From: a virus
Taxonomy: Duplodnaviria; Caudoviricetes
IMG/VR virus record: IMGVR_UViG_3300010998_000026
Coordinates: 12,142 to 76,141 of that record
Length of the DNA: 64,000 nt
Strand: one strand, 5' to 3'
In this document: positions 25,753-39,817 of the stretch, piece by piece
Layout: each line of letters opens with the position of its first letter
How positions within the stretch are numbered: position 1 is the stretch's first letter
The notes under the pieces: generated by a model
What the model was told of the DNA's origin: nothing
Seen by the model: the letters and a program-made list of their open reading frames with translations, nothing else
Database searches by the model: none
Position numbers and translations under genes: made by a program

Positions 25753-28017
25753 ATGGCAATATATAAAGGTAGTACTCCGATGGGTATTAGTTATTTTTAG
25801 GAAAGAAGAATTTATGTTGAAGTACCAGAAGGTTCTACTATTGATGATATGAGTAGTGAAAATACAGTTGCAGTTTCGCCTGATGTATATTAGGAATTAC
25901 AGGAAGCCGCTAAATGGAGAACGAATAAATCAAGTAATAATATTCCTGATATAACATAGTTATTAAATAAAGATTATTATATTACAAGAAGTGATACTAC
26001 TAATATATCTCCATATACAGGAACTTGGACACGTCCTTCCGATTGGCCTGATTTAGATAGTCTTAATTTACAAATGTCTGGTGATGATTATATTTATATG
26101 ACGTATGATGCCACAGGAGTTGGTTCTGCAATTGCTTGGCATATAAATACTGCGAATAGTTAGCCAGCTACGTTGTAGATAGGACATATTACTAATGGAG
26201 AATATATTGCAGATGAAACTTATAGTGTTAATAATAATACAAATTTTGTACGTTGGACAGATGATTTAAGCGGATATTTGGTAATAAAAATAACAGGACA
26301 AATTACTTATTGCTATTCTTATAGTGTAACAAGAAATAATTAGACTTAGCATTATCGTGCTTAGCCTATATTAGAAAGAATAGCTTATGTGCCGCATTTA
26401 ATTAATCTAATGACAAATGCAAATTCTAATGCTTGGGGAGTTTATTCTTTATAGCGCGAAAAAATTGGTAATGGGACAAGTACTGCTTTAACTAGTTTAT
26501 ATTGCGGTTGGAATTCTTGTTCTTTATTACAATCTTTAGATGTATCTAATCTAAATACATCAAATGTAACAAGTTTATCTTCAACTTTTGTCCAATGTAT
26601 TGCATTAAAAGAATTAGATTTACATTATTTTAATGTTTCTAAAGTTACCAATTTTTCAGCGGCATTTAAAAATTGTCGTGGATTAACTTCTCTTAATTTA
26701 ACAGGATGGGATACGCACTCTGGAACAAATTTTTCAGAAATGTTTTCTACTTGTCGCGGTTTAAAAACTATACAAGGTATTGAAAATTTTAATACTTCTG
26801 CCGCAACAAATTTAAGTAGTATGTTTGCATATTGTAATATAGAAATACTACCAATAGAAAATTTTAATGTCAGTAATGTAACAACAATGGCAAATATGTT
26901 TGTTGGATGTATAGCACTAAAAAAATTAGATTTAAGTAAATGGCGTCCTTCTAAAGTTACCGTGCTGAATGGTACATTTTAGGATTGTATAAGTTTAAAA
27001 GAATTAAATTTAACAGGATGGACTACAGGGGCATTAACTACTATTAGTAATCTTTTTTATAATTGTAGAGGTTTGTCATATTTAGATATTTCTTGGCTTC
27101 ATATTACAAGCGCTTGTACAAATATATGTAATTTATTTTATACTTGTGTAAGTTTAAAAGAACTTAATTTCCCAAATGATTGGAACTTATCAGGAATAGG
27201 TAGTGGAAATAATACTTGTAATAGTCTTTTTTCAGGATGTAATAGTCTAGAAAAAATTACCGGAATTAGTAATTGGAAATTTTATTTTACTAATTCATTA
27301 ACTTCAATATTTGCTAATTGTTGGTCATTAAAAGAAGTTGACGTTTCTGGTTGGAAAGTAGATACTATTACTAGTCTATCAAGTATATTCGATTATTGTT
27401 ATAGCTTATAGTCTTTAAATTTAACAAATTGGAGCCCAGCTAATTGTACAACTTTTGCTTCAATGTTTAGATCATGTTATAGTCTTACAACAATTGGAAA
27501 TACTAATAATTGGAATACTGCTAAAGTAACTAATTTTTCTTCTATGTTTTAGGATTGTTGGTCTTTATCTGCTTTACCAGATATTTCTTAGTGGGATATG
27601 AGTAAAGCAACAACTTTAGCAAATATGTGTGTAGGTTTATTACGAGTAAAAGAAATAACAATTAATAATCTAAATTTACCTGTTTGTACTGCAATAACAA
27701 CAATGTTTAGACATTGTTATAACCTTAAAAAAATCACTTTTAAGAATTGGTCTATGCCTAGTTTATCTACCGCACCTGCTCAAATATTAGGAGATTGTTG
27801 GTCTTTAAGAGATGTAGATACTAATGTAACTATTCCATTAAATCATAGTTATAATACAAGTTTGGCATTAACACATGATAGTTTATTAAATATTTTAAAT
27901 GCTTTACCAACAGTTAGTACTGCCCGTACATTAAGTTTAAGCACGTAGAATGTAAACCGCTTAAGCGCGGAAGAAAAATTAATTGCAACAAATAAAGGTT
28001 GGACTTTAGCCAATTAA
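25753..28017 (+). CDS. BspA/DUF285-type leucine-rich-repeat surface protein (TAG=Gln)
   Basis: Repeats MF..C..LK.LDLS.W..S.VT; ORFs 26740,27073,27598 in frame; C-terminal IATNKGWTLA. Confidence 0.8.
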
Positions 28018-28029
28018 GGAGGAGATAAA

Positions 28030-28188
28030 ATGCGAATATTGAAAGAAAATCCTATTCATATTATGGCAAGTGAAGGATTTATTTTAACAAATGGAGAAGT
28101 TTATACTACTGAAATATGGCTTGGTAAATTTGATACTCCTTCTAATTGGCATGAAATCCCAATAGAGGAGGTGCCACAAGATGAGTAA
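28030..28188 (+). CDS. Small hypothetical protein typically following fibre/LRR genes
   Basis: RBS GGAGGAG; ASEGFILTNGE..IWLGKFDTPSNWHEI. Confidence 0.7.
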   Translation: MRILKENPIHIMASEGFILTNGEVYTTEIWLGKFDTPSNWHEIPIEEVPQDE

Positions 28189-31100
28189 TTTACAAAAAGT
28201 TATTTATATTTCTCAAACAGATTACGAAACTCTTTTAAACGGTGGCTCCGTTACTCGTAATGGACGAACTTTAATAGGAATTAATCCTAATTATATATAT
28301 ATTACAGATTCAACACCAATAAGCGCGATTGCAGGGCTTTAGGAAGCATTAACTAGTGTAACACTACCGCATAAATTAACTATTACTTCAGATTCAACAA
28401 CTTATGAATATAATGGTTCTTCTAATGTAAATGTTTCAATACCAGTAACTAGCGTTGCTTCATTAACCGGCGCGATTAGTGCTTCTGATTTAGTTACTTC
28501 ATTAGGCCTTTCATAGGCGATGCATTTTCGTGGAAAAGCAACAGTAGCAATCACAGAAGGTAGTACTACTAATCCAACAATTAGTGGTTATACATTTGGT
28601 ACCAATGGAGCATCTGCACTTGCTGGTGATGTAATTTTAGATTCAGATTCAGAATATGAATATGTCTGGACGGCAGATGGAACTAGTGGTAAATGGGAAA
28701 AATTAGGTAGTAGTAGCTCCTATGCATTATCTACTCATGATCATAATAGCACTTATCTAAAATTAGATGGTTCTAATACTATGTCTGCTGATGTAAATAT
28801 TCTCACAGGTGACACGAATAAATTTATTAACTTTTGGTATAATACAAATAAAAAAGCAGGAGCTTCCTGGCGCACCGGCGTATTAGGTACCGGTTCTTCT
28901 GATACAAATTATTTTACAATTGAATCTGGTACTAGTTCAACAACCGCAACAACATGGAATACAGTATTACAAATTGGATAGAATACTTATAATGCAGGTT
29001 TTGCAGGAAATGTATATCCACTTACTACTAATACAAAAACATTAGGAACTTCTAGTCTTAAATGGGCGAATGTTTATGCTACTACTTTTACAGGTAATTT
29101 AACTGGTAATGTAACAGGTGATGTAACTGGTAATGTAAGTGGTACTGCTTCAAATGTAACAGGAACAGTAGCTATCGCAAATGGTGGTACTGGCGCAACT
29201 ACCGCGGCAGATGCTCTAGCTAATCTTGGTGGAGTTGCCGCAATAACTAGCACTGATAATGCTATTGCTCGTTTTGATGGCACAACTGGTTAGCTTCAAG
29301 ATAGCGGTGTTACAATTGATGATAATAATAATATAGTAACTAGTGGTAATTATATTGAAAATGCTGCGGGTTGCTTCCGAAAAGTACAATTATTACCAAA
29401 TACAGCTTGGTCAAATTTTACTAATAACTCTTGGTATCGCTGTTGTAAAATTACCGCTAAATATAGTTCTTCTAATTTTATAATGCAAATAAGCGGCGAT
29501 TGGAGTACTGGAGCACCAACAATAGCAACTATAAGTGTGTCAATAATGGGTACTAATACAGCTATAACATTATTAAGTTGTGCTAAAGCAGGTAATATAA
29601 AAGCAATACGTATAGTTAATAATGATGGTTTATGGTTAGATGTACAAATAACTAAATAGTCAAGTGGTAATATTGGTGTACAAATAGCTAATTTTATAGG
29701 TAATGTAGTAATTTCTGATATAAATACAACATTAACTGAAACAACCGATAGTACAACTCCAGTCGCTACATTAACATTTGTAGAAGGTTATATTAATGCT
29801 AATGCTACATCAGCGAATGCATTAATTACACAAGCAGTAACTAGCACAACTTTAAACAATACTAGTGGTACTTTTACTTTTTCTGGTAGTGGTAGCCCAT
29901 GGTCTGGGTATGACTGGATTGGTTTACAAGTTGGAAGTAGTAATGATAAATTTTAGATTGTTGGAACAATTGACTCTAATTCATTATTATTTAGAACAAA
30001 TGATAGTGGTGGAACAAATACTAGTTGGGGAAATTGGCAAATAATTGCTCATGCTCAAAAAGGCTCAGCAGATATTGGTAGTACAACTTAGCCAATATAT
30101 ATGACTTCCGCTGGTGTAATTACTGCTGGTACTGCATTAAAAGATTTAGCCTATATTGATAAGCCTACATCAGGTGCAACAACTAAATATCTCCGTGGTG
30201 ACGGCTCTTGGGTAACTTTAAGTGACATGGGGCTTTCAAGTGCAATGCATTATATAGGTACTGTTGAAGCAAATCCAATAGATAGTGCTCCAACGGGGAC
30301 TTTCGCCGCAGGTGACGTTGTTGTTTATAGTAGTTCTGAATATGTATATGATGGTACAAATTGGAGAGAACTCGGTTCTGAAAATTCATTTAAAGTTATT
30401 CAAACATCAGTTTCTGATCCAACAGTACCAGGCTCTGGAACTACAACCGCGACCTCATTTATTGACACTATTAGTCAAGATGCGAATGGTGTAATTACTC
30501 CTACAAAAAAGAATTTGCCAGTAGCTTCAACTTCTATTGCAGGTATAATTCAAATAGGAACCGGTGCGACAGACGCGGCTGCAGGTAATCATACACATGG
30601 TAATATTACTAATGACGGTAAACTTGCAACTGCAAATAGAATGATATGGACAGATAGCAGTAAAAACATATATGCAAGTTCTCATTATGTAGATTCTACT
30701 CATGTTGCTATTAATTATACTTCATAGCCAAGCAATACTTTTTATGTAAATGGAGGTTCCTATTTTGCTGATAATATCTCTCTTGGTAGTGAAAAAAGAA
30801 TAATTTTTAAAACAAATAGAAAATATGAAGGTACTGAAAGTATTGGTTGGACATTTGCTTTATTAGTTGCACTTGGTAAAAATGACACAACTCCTTTTTT
30901 TAACATAGGAGTATATGGTATTAGAAATGCATTAAATTATGCTTATTTTGGTAGCGCTAATTATAACGGTAATAATTTAAGAGTTTATTCCGATGGTGTG
31001 GTAAAAATTCCCGTAACTACCGCTTCTACAAGTAAAACAACTGGCGCACTTGTTGTTAGTGGTGGTATAGGAGTTAGCGGTAATGTTTATGCTACTACAT

Positions 31101-32278
31101 TCTATGGAGATTTATCTGGTAATGCAACATCATCCTCAGCTTTAAAAAATATCAATACTAATACTGGTAGTGGAAATAGACCAACCAGTACAGATTTAAC
31201 ACATGTTAATAATGGCGGTGTATAGCATTTTAAAGTAGCAGATGAAACTAATTCAATAGTTGGAAATATTTTACATTTCCACTGGGATACTTCTAGCGCT
31301 TGGGATAGTTAGTTATTAATTCCATAGAGTTCTAGTGGTACTTCAATGAAATATAGAGCATCTTCCGCTGCTGGTACTTGGGCTAGTTGGAGAACATTAT
31401 TGGATTCTTCTAATTATTCTACTTATGCCGCGACAAGTAGCCATACTCACGGAGATATAACTAATGATGGAAAATTAGCAAATGCTAATAGATTAGTATG
31501 GACAGATTCTACTTCAAAAATTTATGCCGGTTATCATTACGCAGATAGTACTCATATTGCCATTAATAGTACAACGGCCCCTTCCAAAAATTTATATGTT
31601 AATGGAACTACAGAACTTTATTTAAATTCAGATTCTAGCTCAGATAAAAAACTTTTACTTACTGGTGTAAATGCTGAATTAACAATTGGGTCGTAGGGAA
31701 TATAGAGTTATGATAAAGGCACCACTACTCCTCATATTTTATATATACAACATAGTGGCGGAGCAATAGAAGTAGGTGGCACTTCTACTAGTACAGCCGC
31801 ACGAAACATGTATGGTATGTTTGACTTTAAATCCACTAATGGTTTTACTTACAGTGGAATGGGGACGGGCACGTATGATATAGCGCGTCCAGTATGGTTT
31901 ATGTATGCTGCCAGTACAAGTACTTTAGTCAATGGACGCCCTGCTTACAGTAATGATTTTAAATATAATCCATCTACAAATACAATAACTATTGGTACTG
32001 GAACATTAACTGCAACATCATATAGTGGTAATGCCGCGAGTGCTTCCGCAATTTCTGCTACATTAGCAACTACAACAAAAACATACCTACTTGGTACATC
32101 AACCGCGATTACTGCTACTGCCGCGAATGTAAATTTAACCGGTGATACTGGCGTATATTTAACTACAACCGCAGGCGAACTTTCAGCCTTAAAATATTCT
32201 ATAAATGATGGTACTAATGAAAAAGTTAGATTAGAATATAATTCAACAGATCAATCTTTAGACTTTATATTTATTTGA
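28181..32278 (+). CDS. Long tail fibre protein, about 1365 aa (TAG=Gln)
   Basis: ORFs 28520,30101,30998,31346,31808 in one frame; ANGGTGATTAADALANLG; internal repeat HTHG.ITNDGKLA twice. Confidence 0.8.
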
Positions 32279-32303
32279 CTTTTATTAATATATATGGTAT
32301 AAT
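32275..32303 (+). promoter_or_regulatory. sigma70-type promoter
   Basis: TTGACT-17-TATAAT with TG. Confidence 0.75.
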
Positions 32304-32350
32304 AGAATATAGATAAAAACTATATTCTATTATACCAAGTTGGTGATTCA

Positions 32351-34234
32351 ATGAGTTTAAAAATATGGCTACCATTAAATGGTACACTAGAAAATAAAGG
32401 TATCAGTAATGCGAGTATTACTAATAATGGGGCAACTGTAAGTACCAGTGGGAAAATTGGAAGTTGTTATTCATTTGATGGTACAAATGATTATTTATCT
32501 ATATCTGATTTTAACCCAAATGCTTGGTCTGAGATTTCAATATCTTTTTGGTATAAAGCAACCACTGATATGTCAGGTTTCTTTTGTATTAGAGGAACTT
32601 CAAATAATGCTGGAACGATAAGTGTTGTTATTAATGCAAATGGTTTTAGTTTTTGTGATACCGTAACTACAGGTACTATGAAAACATTTGCATTTCCTAA
32701 TGGTTTTCCACTAGATATTTGGACTCATGTAGTTTGTATTTATAAAAAGGGAGAAGTATTTATGTATTTAAATGGTGAAGAACAAATACATGATACTTCT
32801 CTTATTAATTCAAATAGAAAATTAGATGTACGTACTAGTGGCGCTACTATAAGAATAGGTAGATAGCAAACTACCAGTACTAATTATTATTATAATGGTT
32901 TATTAAATGATTTTCGTATTTATGACCATGCACTTTCTGCCGTGGAAGTTAAAGAAATTGCGCAGGGATTGGTATTGCATTATAAATTAGATAATATATC
33001 TACAATTATTTCAGATAGTAGTGGATATAATAATAATGGAACAATTATTGGAGATTTAGTTATTAATAGTGATACGCCTTGTTATTCTAATAGCGTTAAA
33101 TTTAATGGTTCTAATAGTACCATAAAAGTAATAGATAATAATTGGATTGTTCAAGGCGCGCGCGAAATGACTATTAATTTATGGGCCAAATCCTCTTCCT
33201 GGTCAGGTGCACATTTATTTAGTTGTACTCAAAGTGGTGGATTTAACACAGAAAACGGTAATTCTGGTTATTTGCGTTTCCCAGTACATGCTTACACTAA
33301 TTCAGAATAGACCTCAACTGCCTATAAATATGATTCAAAAGAAATATAGATTTCTGCTCTATCAACAACTGATTGGAATATGTTAACATTTGTATATGAT
33401 TCAACTGGTTCAAGAACTTATATAAATGGTAATTTACATCATACATATGCGTATACTTCATATGGTATTCATTTTAATACAAGTGCTCGTTTATTCTTAG
33501 GGTGTGAAGCAAATACAGCAAGTCCAACGACACCATATTTTAATGGACAAATGAGTGATTTCCGAATTTATTGTACTTCATTATCTGAATCTGATATAAA
33601 ATTATTATATAATACTAGAATGAAAATTGATAATTTACAAAATATACATACATTTGAATTAAATGAGAATGGAACTAATAAGTTAACTAAAACTGGTATC
33701 TTATATAATAATATAGTAGAACCATATCTTACCCTTCCAGATGGAAGTAATTGGAAATTATTATTATATCATTATGTAGATAATGGGAATAATTTATTCA
33801 CTAAAACTAATGCTACTTATTGTAATGATTTTGGCTTATATAGTAGATTAAAAGACGTAAATAATTATACTTATGATGGTAAATATGAATTTTATGTTAT
33901 TCAAGATGGAATAGAATATCGTTGGACCTAGACTTCATAGCCAACTGCTTCTTCTATCGCGGGATTAACTACTGTTAGCGGCTATACTAATCCAGTAAAT
34001 GGACTAGCAAAAGCAAATCAATCTAATACTTATATTGGATATGGCTCATGGTGGGGTGCTTGTGGTTGTTGGACAAAATATTCTACTGGCGGGAAAACAG
34101 GTATTCCTGGTTTTGGCACCCACGGTGCTAATGGTATGTGTACTAAATATTTAGCTTTATATACTCGAATAGATAAATCACACGCATCTCTTATTAATTT
34201 AAGTAGTGAAGCAAATGAATTTATCGAACGCTAA
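32351..34234 (+). CDS. Tandem LamG/concanavalin A-like lectin domain protein (TAG=Gln)
   Basis: WLPLNG, GKIGSCYSFDG, WTHVVC, NDFRIYDHALS, SDFRIY. Confidence 0.85.
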
Positions 34235-34248
34235 GGAGGTAAAAGGAG

Positions 34249-35259
34249 ATGGCACAACTTAAAGATACTACAATTTCCGGCAGCCTACGGGCTACTGATA
34301 CTTTATATACAACGACAATGTAGGCATCAATTTTTAAAGCCCCTTCAACCAGCGGCGGCGCTACATATGGAGTCGGCACTAGTGGATAGGTATTACGTTC
34401 TAATGGAACTACTACTTATTGGGCTTCATTAGGTGCCGCCGCGGATAAAGGAGTAACAGACAATTCAACTGAAACAGCAGTAACTTCAACTGATACAAAT
34501 CTTATTACTGGTCGTACTCTATATAATGCTGGCTATGTAAAATCATCTGGAGTAATAATTACAGATAGTAATTCTAAAATAATTCATAATACTTGGTTAT
34601 TAGGAAATACAACTACTGGGTCTTCATACATAACTTTCTATCAAAAAAATACCACTACTTTTAACGCTGCGAATGAAGTAGCATTTATCCAAAATGGTTT
34701 ATTTTCTGATGGTAGCACACGTATTGGTATGTCAGTATATAGTAATGATACTCCTAAAGCCAGCCCGCCAGTTACCGCATATTTTCAAGTTGGAGTCACA
34801 TTGGGAGGAGCTTTACGTAGTTATAGTAATGCAAAGATATATGGCGCTGTTTGGAATGACTACGCAGAATATCGTTATACAAATCAAGCAGCAGTACCGG
34901 GGTCATGCGTAATAGATAATACAGACGGTACATTAAGTCTTTCTACTAAGCGCCTATAGCCAGGTGCTTAGATTGTTTCAGACACATTTGGTTTTGCTAT
35001 TGGTGAAACTGATAATTGTAAAACACCGTTAGCGGTTTCAGGACGAGTTCTTGCTAAAACATTCCGCGATCGTTATGATTATAAGGCCGGGATGTGTGTT
35101 TGTTCTGCTCCCAATGGTACAGTAGATATAATGACACGAGAAGAAATACAATAGTATCCGGATTGTATAGTTGGTATTGTTTCAGAAGTACCAGAATATA
35201 AAACTTGGGGAACAGGAAATATTGAAGTTAATAAACGTATTTGGATTAAAGTAAAATAA
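34249..35259 (+). CDS. Tail fibre with C-terminal peptidase G2/intramolecular chaperone-like domain (TAG=Gln)
   Basis: GAVWNDYAEYR..VSDTFGF..LAVSGRV..IVGIVSE..IWIKVK. Confidence 0.75.
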
Positions 35260-35269
35260 GGTGATGTAA

Positions 35270-35950
35270 ATGGCGTACTGTTATGTATTATTTCCAATTG
35301 GTACTGGTTCTGTTGCTGTAGCAAGGCAAACAGTTGATGCAAATGCTACACCATTCACCACCTATTGGGAAGGTTCTAAAACTTTTACTGTACCAAATGG
35401 TTACACTATCTCCGCGGCGAGTATATATTTTACATATAACGAAGATTCTTTTAGTGCTGAGCATGTAGATGTAAATGTTACTCATCGCGGGAACATAACT
35501 TGGTCTGGGTATAACTCTGATTATCAAACTTCAATTCCATTTTCTATTAATACCCCTACTGGTAATACTTCCGCAACTTTTTATTATAATATTGCAACTT
35601 ATGTATATAATATAGACACAACAGCTTCCTATCGTGCTTATGAAATGCAATATACTTATACAGCTTGGATTTGTTTTAAATTAGAGATTCCAACTTTAGA
35701 AAGTACAATTACCGCCGCGGAGTTAAACGCCTTTGCTAAAATTTTTGATACTACAACTGTATCAGTTGGCAGTAATATAACACGAGCAGCCTGGCAAGCA
35801 ATTGGTACAGCAATTGGGACAATGACTACTACATGGAATGGTTCTACACATGCAACTGCCGTAACTTTTGATTCTACTAAACCACTTTCTTCTAACTTAC
35901 AATCTATTATTACAAATATGACAGATAAATTTTTAATCCGTTCAAGTTGA
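35270..35950 (+). CDS. Hypothetical protein
   Basis: Intact 226-aa ORF with RBS AGGTG. Confidence 0.7.
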   Translation: MAYCYVLFPIGTGSVAVARQTVDANATPFTTYWEGSKTFTVPNGYTISAASIYFTYNEDSFSAEHVDVNVTHRGNITWSGYNSDYQTSIPFSINTPTGNTSATFYYNIATYVYNIDTTASYRAYEMQYTYTAWICFKLEIPTLESTITAAELNAFAKIFDTTTVSVGSNITRAAWQAIGTAIGTMTTTWNGSTHATAVTFDSTKPLSSNLQSIITNMTDKFLIRSS

Positions 35951-36012
35951 ATATTTATTTTATTACTAATAAAAGAGGGAAACCTCTTTTATTAGTTTTT
36001 TGAGGTGATATT

Positions 36013-36216
36013 ATGGCACATACAATGACTAAAAGAGGAAATATTGATAATATCGTAGCATACGAACATTTCTGTGATACAAAAGCGGACATGGCAGATA
36101 TTGACCCAAAAGAAATTACTCTTGGTTCAGTTTGCGTTATTCTTCAAGATGAAACTAAAAATGATACTTTACAATTTATGTTGGCGAAAAGTGATAAGAC
36201 TTGGATATATGCCTAA
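36013..36216 (+). CDS. Small hypothetical tail-region protein
   Basis: RBS GAGGTG; FCDTKADM..GSVC motif. Confidence 0.7.
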   Translation: MAHTMTKRGNIDNIVAYEHFCDTKADMADIDPKEITLGSVCVILQDETKNDTLQFMLAKSDKTWIYA

Positions 36217-36228
36217 GGAGGGAATAAT

Positions 36229-38181
36229 ATGGATATGATTGATATTATTCTCGCAAGAGCAAAGTCTTTTACGGGTGAAACAGCAACATTAGTAAGCCAA
36301 GCGCAGGCCGCAATGAGTGATGCTAATGATATTGTTAATAGATTAGAAGCTATTGAACAAAATGCGTCAGATGCTAGTGAAGCAGCAAGCGCGGCCGCAG
36401 GTGAATTAGCAGAAATTAAAGCAGATTTTGAGGCCGCGGCAACCGCTGTTGTGGCTGAACAACTTGGAACAACAGTTGAAGATGTTGCTGATTTAAAATC
36501 AAGAACAACTACGTTAGAAAGTCAAATTGCTAATGCTGGTGGGACAGTAACGGTTACTGACGCAAATACTTCCGCAGCAAAAATTAGACAAGCAAGCGTA
36601 ACAAAAAATGGTACTACTACTAATTATATAGTAGAAAAAAATTATACTAGTGAAGGAACCAATGAAGATGGCTCTATGACTTAGAAAGCCATTAAGACTT
36701 ATGTTGAAAATGTAAAAAATAATTTACAATCTCAAATTAATTCTAGCGGCGGCAATAGTGGTGGAACCTCTAATCTTGGTTCTAATAATGCAGGCCAAAT
36801 GGTAGTTATTGGTTCTGATGGGAATATTACTGCAAGTACCACTACAGAACAAGCCTTAATTGAACTACTTCTACGTACTGGTACATATTAGGCGCGAGAT
36901 GCAGTAGGTTTAAATATTGATTATGAAAATAAATCTGTTGGGCGCACACAAGAAGCGACATCTAATACTAATTTTACTGATTACTTAATGTATAAACGTA
37001 TGCGTTGTAATGTAGCAGATGATGGTACTATTACTGCTTTCTATGGAGATAATAATTATAGAGAAGATGGCTCTAATGGGTAGGTAATGGTTTATCAACC
37101 AAAATTTTATTATCAGCGCGTTCCAATTAATACTACCAATGGCTTAATGGGTAAAGTTATTCATAAAGAATCATTAATTATTTCTCCAATTGCTTAGTCA
37201 GGATTTAAACTTCATCCAGCTTTTATTGATAATGCAGGAAATGAATTAGAATATATTCTATTATCTGCTTACGAAGGCTCTGCTTATGATACTTCTGCGA
37301 ATACATATCTTACTACAGACGTAAGTGGAATTAATTTTTCAGAAGATAAATTATCTTCAATTGCAAATGTTCAACCTATTAGTGGTAAAAATAATGCTTT
37401 AACAATTGATAAAGCAGAACAACTCGCTAGAAATCGCGGTGAAGGTTGGCACATTGAAACAATGCAAACTCGTAGTATTGACTAGATGTTAAGTATTATA
37501 GAATATGGTACTTTAAATCTTCAAAATGCAATTGAAAACGGCGTATGTAGTATTAATAATGCTTATGATAGAAACTATGCAAATAATACAGGTTCTACCG
37601 CGGCATTGGGTAATAACTCTGGCGCGGCAGAAAGTAGTGTAAATACAATGTTAAATACTACATATAATACAAATGGTAAGCGTTGTATCTCTTATCGCGG
37701 TGAAGAAAATCTATTTGGTAATATTTGGAAATTCATTGGCAATATAAATATTTCAGGTAATGGTGTTCAATAGGGCGGTATTCCATATATTTGTACAAAT
37801 TCTAATTATTCAACTACTATTACAGACGACTATAAAAGTGTAGGCTTCTGTCTCCCCAATAATAGTGATTGGATTTCTGGTATGGGTTATGGTAATGAAA
37901 AATATGACTGGGTATTTTTACCCGCAGAAGCAAGTGGGGCCAATAGCGCAACACCAGTAGGAGATAGCATTTGGGTTACTACAAATCTAAATGGTGTTAA
38001 TTATGTTGCTCATGGTGGTAATTGGTTATTCCAGCAAAAAGATGGTATATTTTATTATGCTTGCGATAAAAACCCAAGTTATTATGCTGCACCTTTTGGC
38101 GCGCGTCTTGTTTATATTCCTACTAAAAATTCTATCCATAATAATAATTATGCTTTATGGCAAAGTAAAATAGGAGGTTGA
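36229..38181 (+). CDS. Tail protein with C-terminal FGE-sulfatase/C-type-lectin-like domain (TAG=Gln)
   Basis: ORFs 36229,37486,37882 in frame; YRGEENLFGNIW, GGNW...GARL. Confidence 0.75.
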
Positions 38182-38186
38182 TTGCT

Positions 38187-38432
38187 ATGAAAAATTATGG
38201 TAAAGTACAAAGTTCTTCATAGCCAACAGAAGTAACTTTTACTGAAACAAAAGTATTTGTATCTTCTAATATTACTTCCTTTAATACAAATATTGGTGGA
38301 TATGAAGAAAATGGTTATGAATATGATTATATTGAATATGATAAAGATGAATATATTCAATTATTATCTTCTCAATCTAAACAACTTGCAGAAGAACTTG
38401 CCGCGGCAAAAATTCTATTAGGAGTTGAGTAA
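38187..38432 (+). CDS. Small hypothetical protein (TAG=Gln)
   Basis: RBS GGAGG; YEYDYIEYDKDEYIQLL. Confidence 0.75.
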
Positions 38433-38434
38433 TT

Positions 38435-38842
38435 ATGACATTAATTGAATTAGCAAGAAAATTACGCCCTTTAATAGAAAAGGCAGCAATTTCATTAGAT
38501 GATATAGATGCGCTTGAAGCGCCGCAATTATTTCCTATTTGGAATCCAAATAAAGAAGATATGTATAATGTTGGAGATAGAGTACGTTATAATGAAATAT
38601 TATATAAATGCTTACAATAGCATATACCACAAGTAGCTTGGAATCCAATTGACGCCCCAAGTCTTTGGGCTAAAGTATTAATTCCAGATGAAAATGTTAT
38701 TCCTGCATGGGAACAACCTGGAAGTACTAATGGTTATATGATAGGAGATAAAGTATTATTTAATGATAAAGTATATGAAAGTACAATTGATAATAATATT
38801 TGGTCTCCCGCGGCATATCCTGCTGGTTGGCGAGAAGTCTAA
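38435..38842 (+). CDS. Carbohydrate-binding (CBM5/12, ChiA1-BD-like) domain protein (TAG=Gln)
   Basis: YNVGDRVRYNEILYKCLQQH..W.P..APSLW, WEQPGSTNGYMIGDKV, WSPAAYPAGW. Confidence 0.85.
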
Positions 38843-38845
38843 TAT

Positions 38846-38874
38846 TTGACTTTTTTTAAAATTTTTGATATAAT
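38846..38874 (+). promoter_or_regulatory. sigma70-type promoter (repeated phage promoter family)
   Basis: TTGACT-17-TATAAT followed by ATATATGTAAG hairpin. Confidence 0.8.
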
Positions 38875-38958
38875 ATATATGTAAGAGGGGAAATAGTTCC
38901 CTTCTTACATATTAAATATGTGGGATAGGAACCACATTATATAAGGAGAGGAACTTAT

Positions 38959-39300
38959 ATGAAATTTTATAGTGAAAAACTAAATCGTCTTTTTGACAGT
39001 GCAGAAGATTGCCAGAGTGCAGAATTTAAGGCTAAGGAACAAGAAAATCTTGATAAGATCCGCAAGGAGCGCGAAGCCGCAGAAGCAAAGGCGAAGAAAG
39101 AAAAGGAAGCCGCAGAACGCAAGGCTATGGCGGCGGAAGTAGATGAAGCGCGCAAGGCTATGGTCGCCGCTCAGAAGTCTTATCGTGAAGCAATTGAAAA
39201 GTTTGTAAAGAAGTATGGTACATATCATTATTCTACAAATAATTTTGAAGATGTGCCAACTCTCTTTGATGTTTTTGATTGGCTTCCAAAACTTCTATAA
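38959..39300 (+). CDS. Hypothetical coiled-coil protein
   Basis: Intact ORF, no TAG, strong RBS. Confidence 0.8.
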   Translation: MKFYSEKLNRLFDSAEDCQSAEFKAKEQENLDKIRKEREAAEAKAKKEKEAAERKAMAAEVDEARKAMVAAQKSYREAIEKFVKKYGTYHYSTNNFEDVPTLFDVFDWLPKLL

Positions 39301-39327
39301 AATTAAGGGTTGAGTAATCAACCCCAT

Positions 39328-39402
39328 GCGGGCGTAGTTCAACGGACAGAACATAGTCCTTCTAAGTCTACAATCTCAGTTCGATTCTGGGCGCCTGTAC
39401 CA
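39328..39402 (+). tRNA. tRNA-Arg(TCT)
   Basis: Cloverleaf, loop CT-TCT-AA, GTTCGATT T-loop, CCA. Confidence 0.85.
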
Positions 39403-39762
39403 AAGTTCCTATTACGCCTCTTTACAATGCGCACCCAATAGGACATTTTATTAAAGGTTTCTTTTATTCTCGCCTTTCCATGGATAAGTAGAATAAACGT
39501 CGGGGCTAATTATGGTCTGCGTGAATGACCGCCATGAGTTCATAGCCATGTAAGTTAATCCGGAGTAATACTATGACGTAGGGCAACTTTTACGATAATG
39601 GAAGTTGTTAGTGGAGAATACCAGCTATCAATGGCTCGGTTTATCTTCGATATAGATATGACTTTGTAATTTCAAGAGGAAATTGCTATCCATACTAAAT
39701 TACGGTTATACATTTTAAGACCCAATCTTAAATTTAATACTAAAATTTAGTATGGATATTAT

Positions 39763-39791
39763 TTGACTTTTCTTTAAAATTCTGATATAAT
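39763..39791 (+). promoter_or_regulatory. sigma70-type promoter
   Basis: TTGACT-17-TATAAT. Confidence 0.8.
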
Positions 39792-39817
39792 AGATATGTA
39801 AGGAGGAAGGAAAGAGT

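Noticed and set aside
1-38842. Many short + strand ORFs suggesting pseudogenes or frameshifts
   Set aside because: Fragments share one frame per gene and are separated by TAG; explained by recoding
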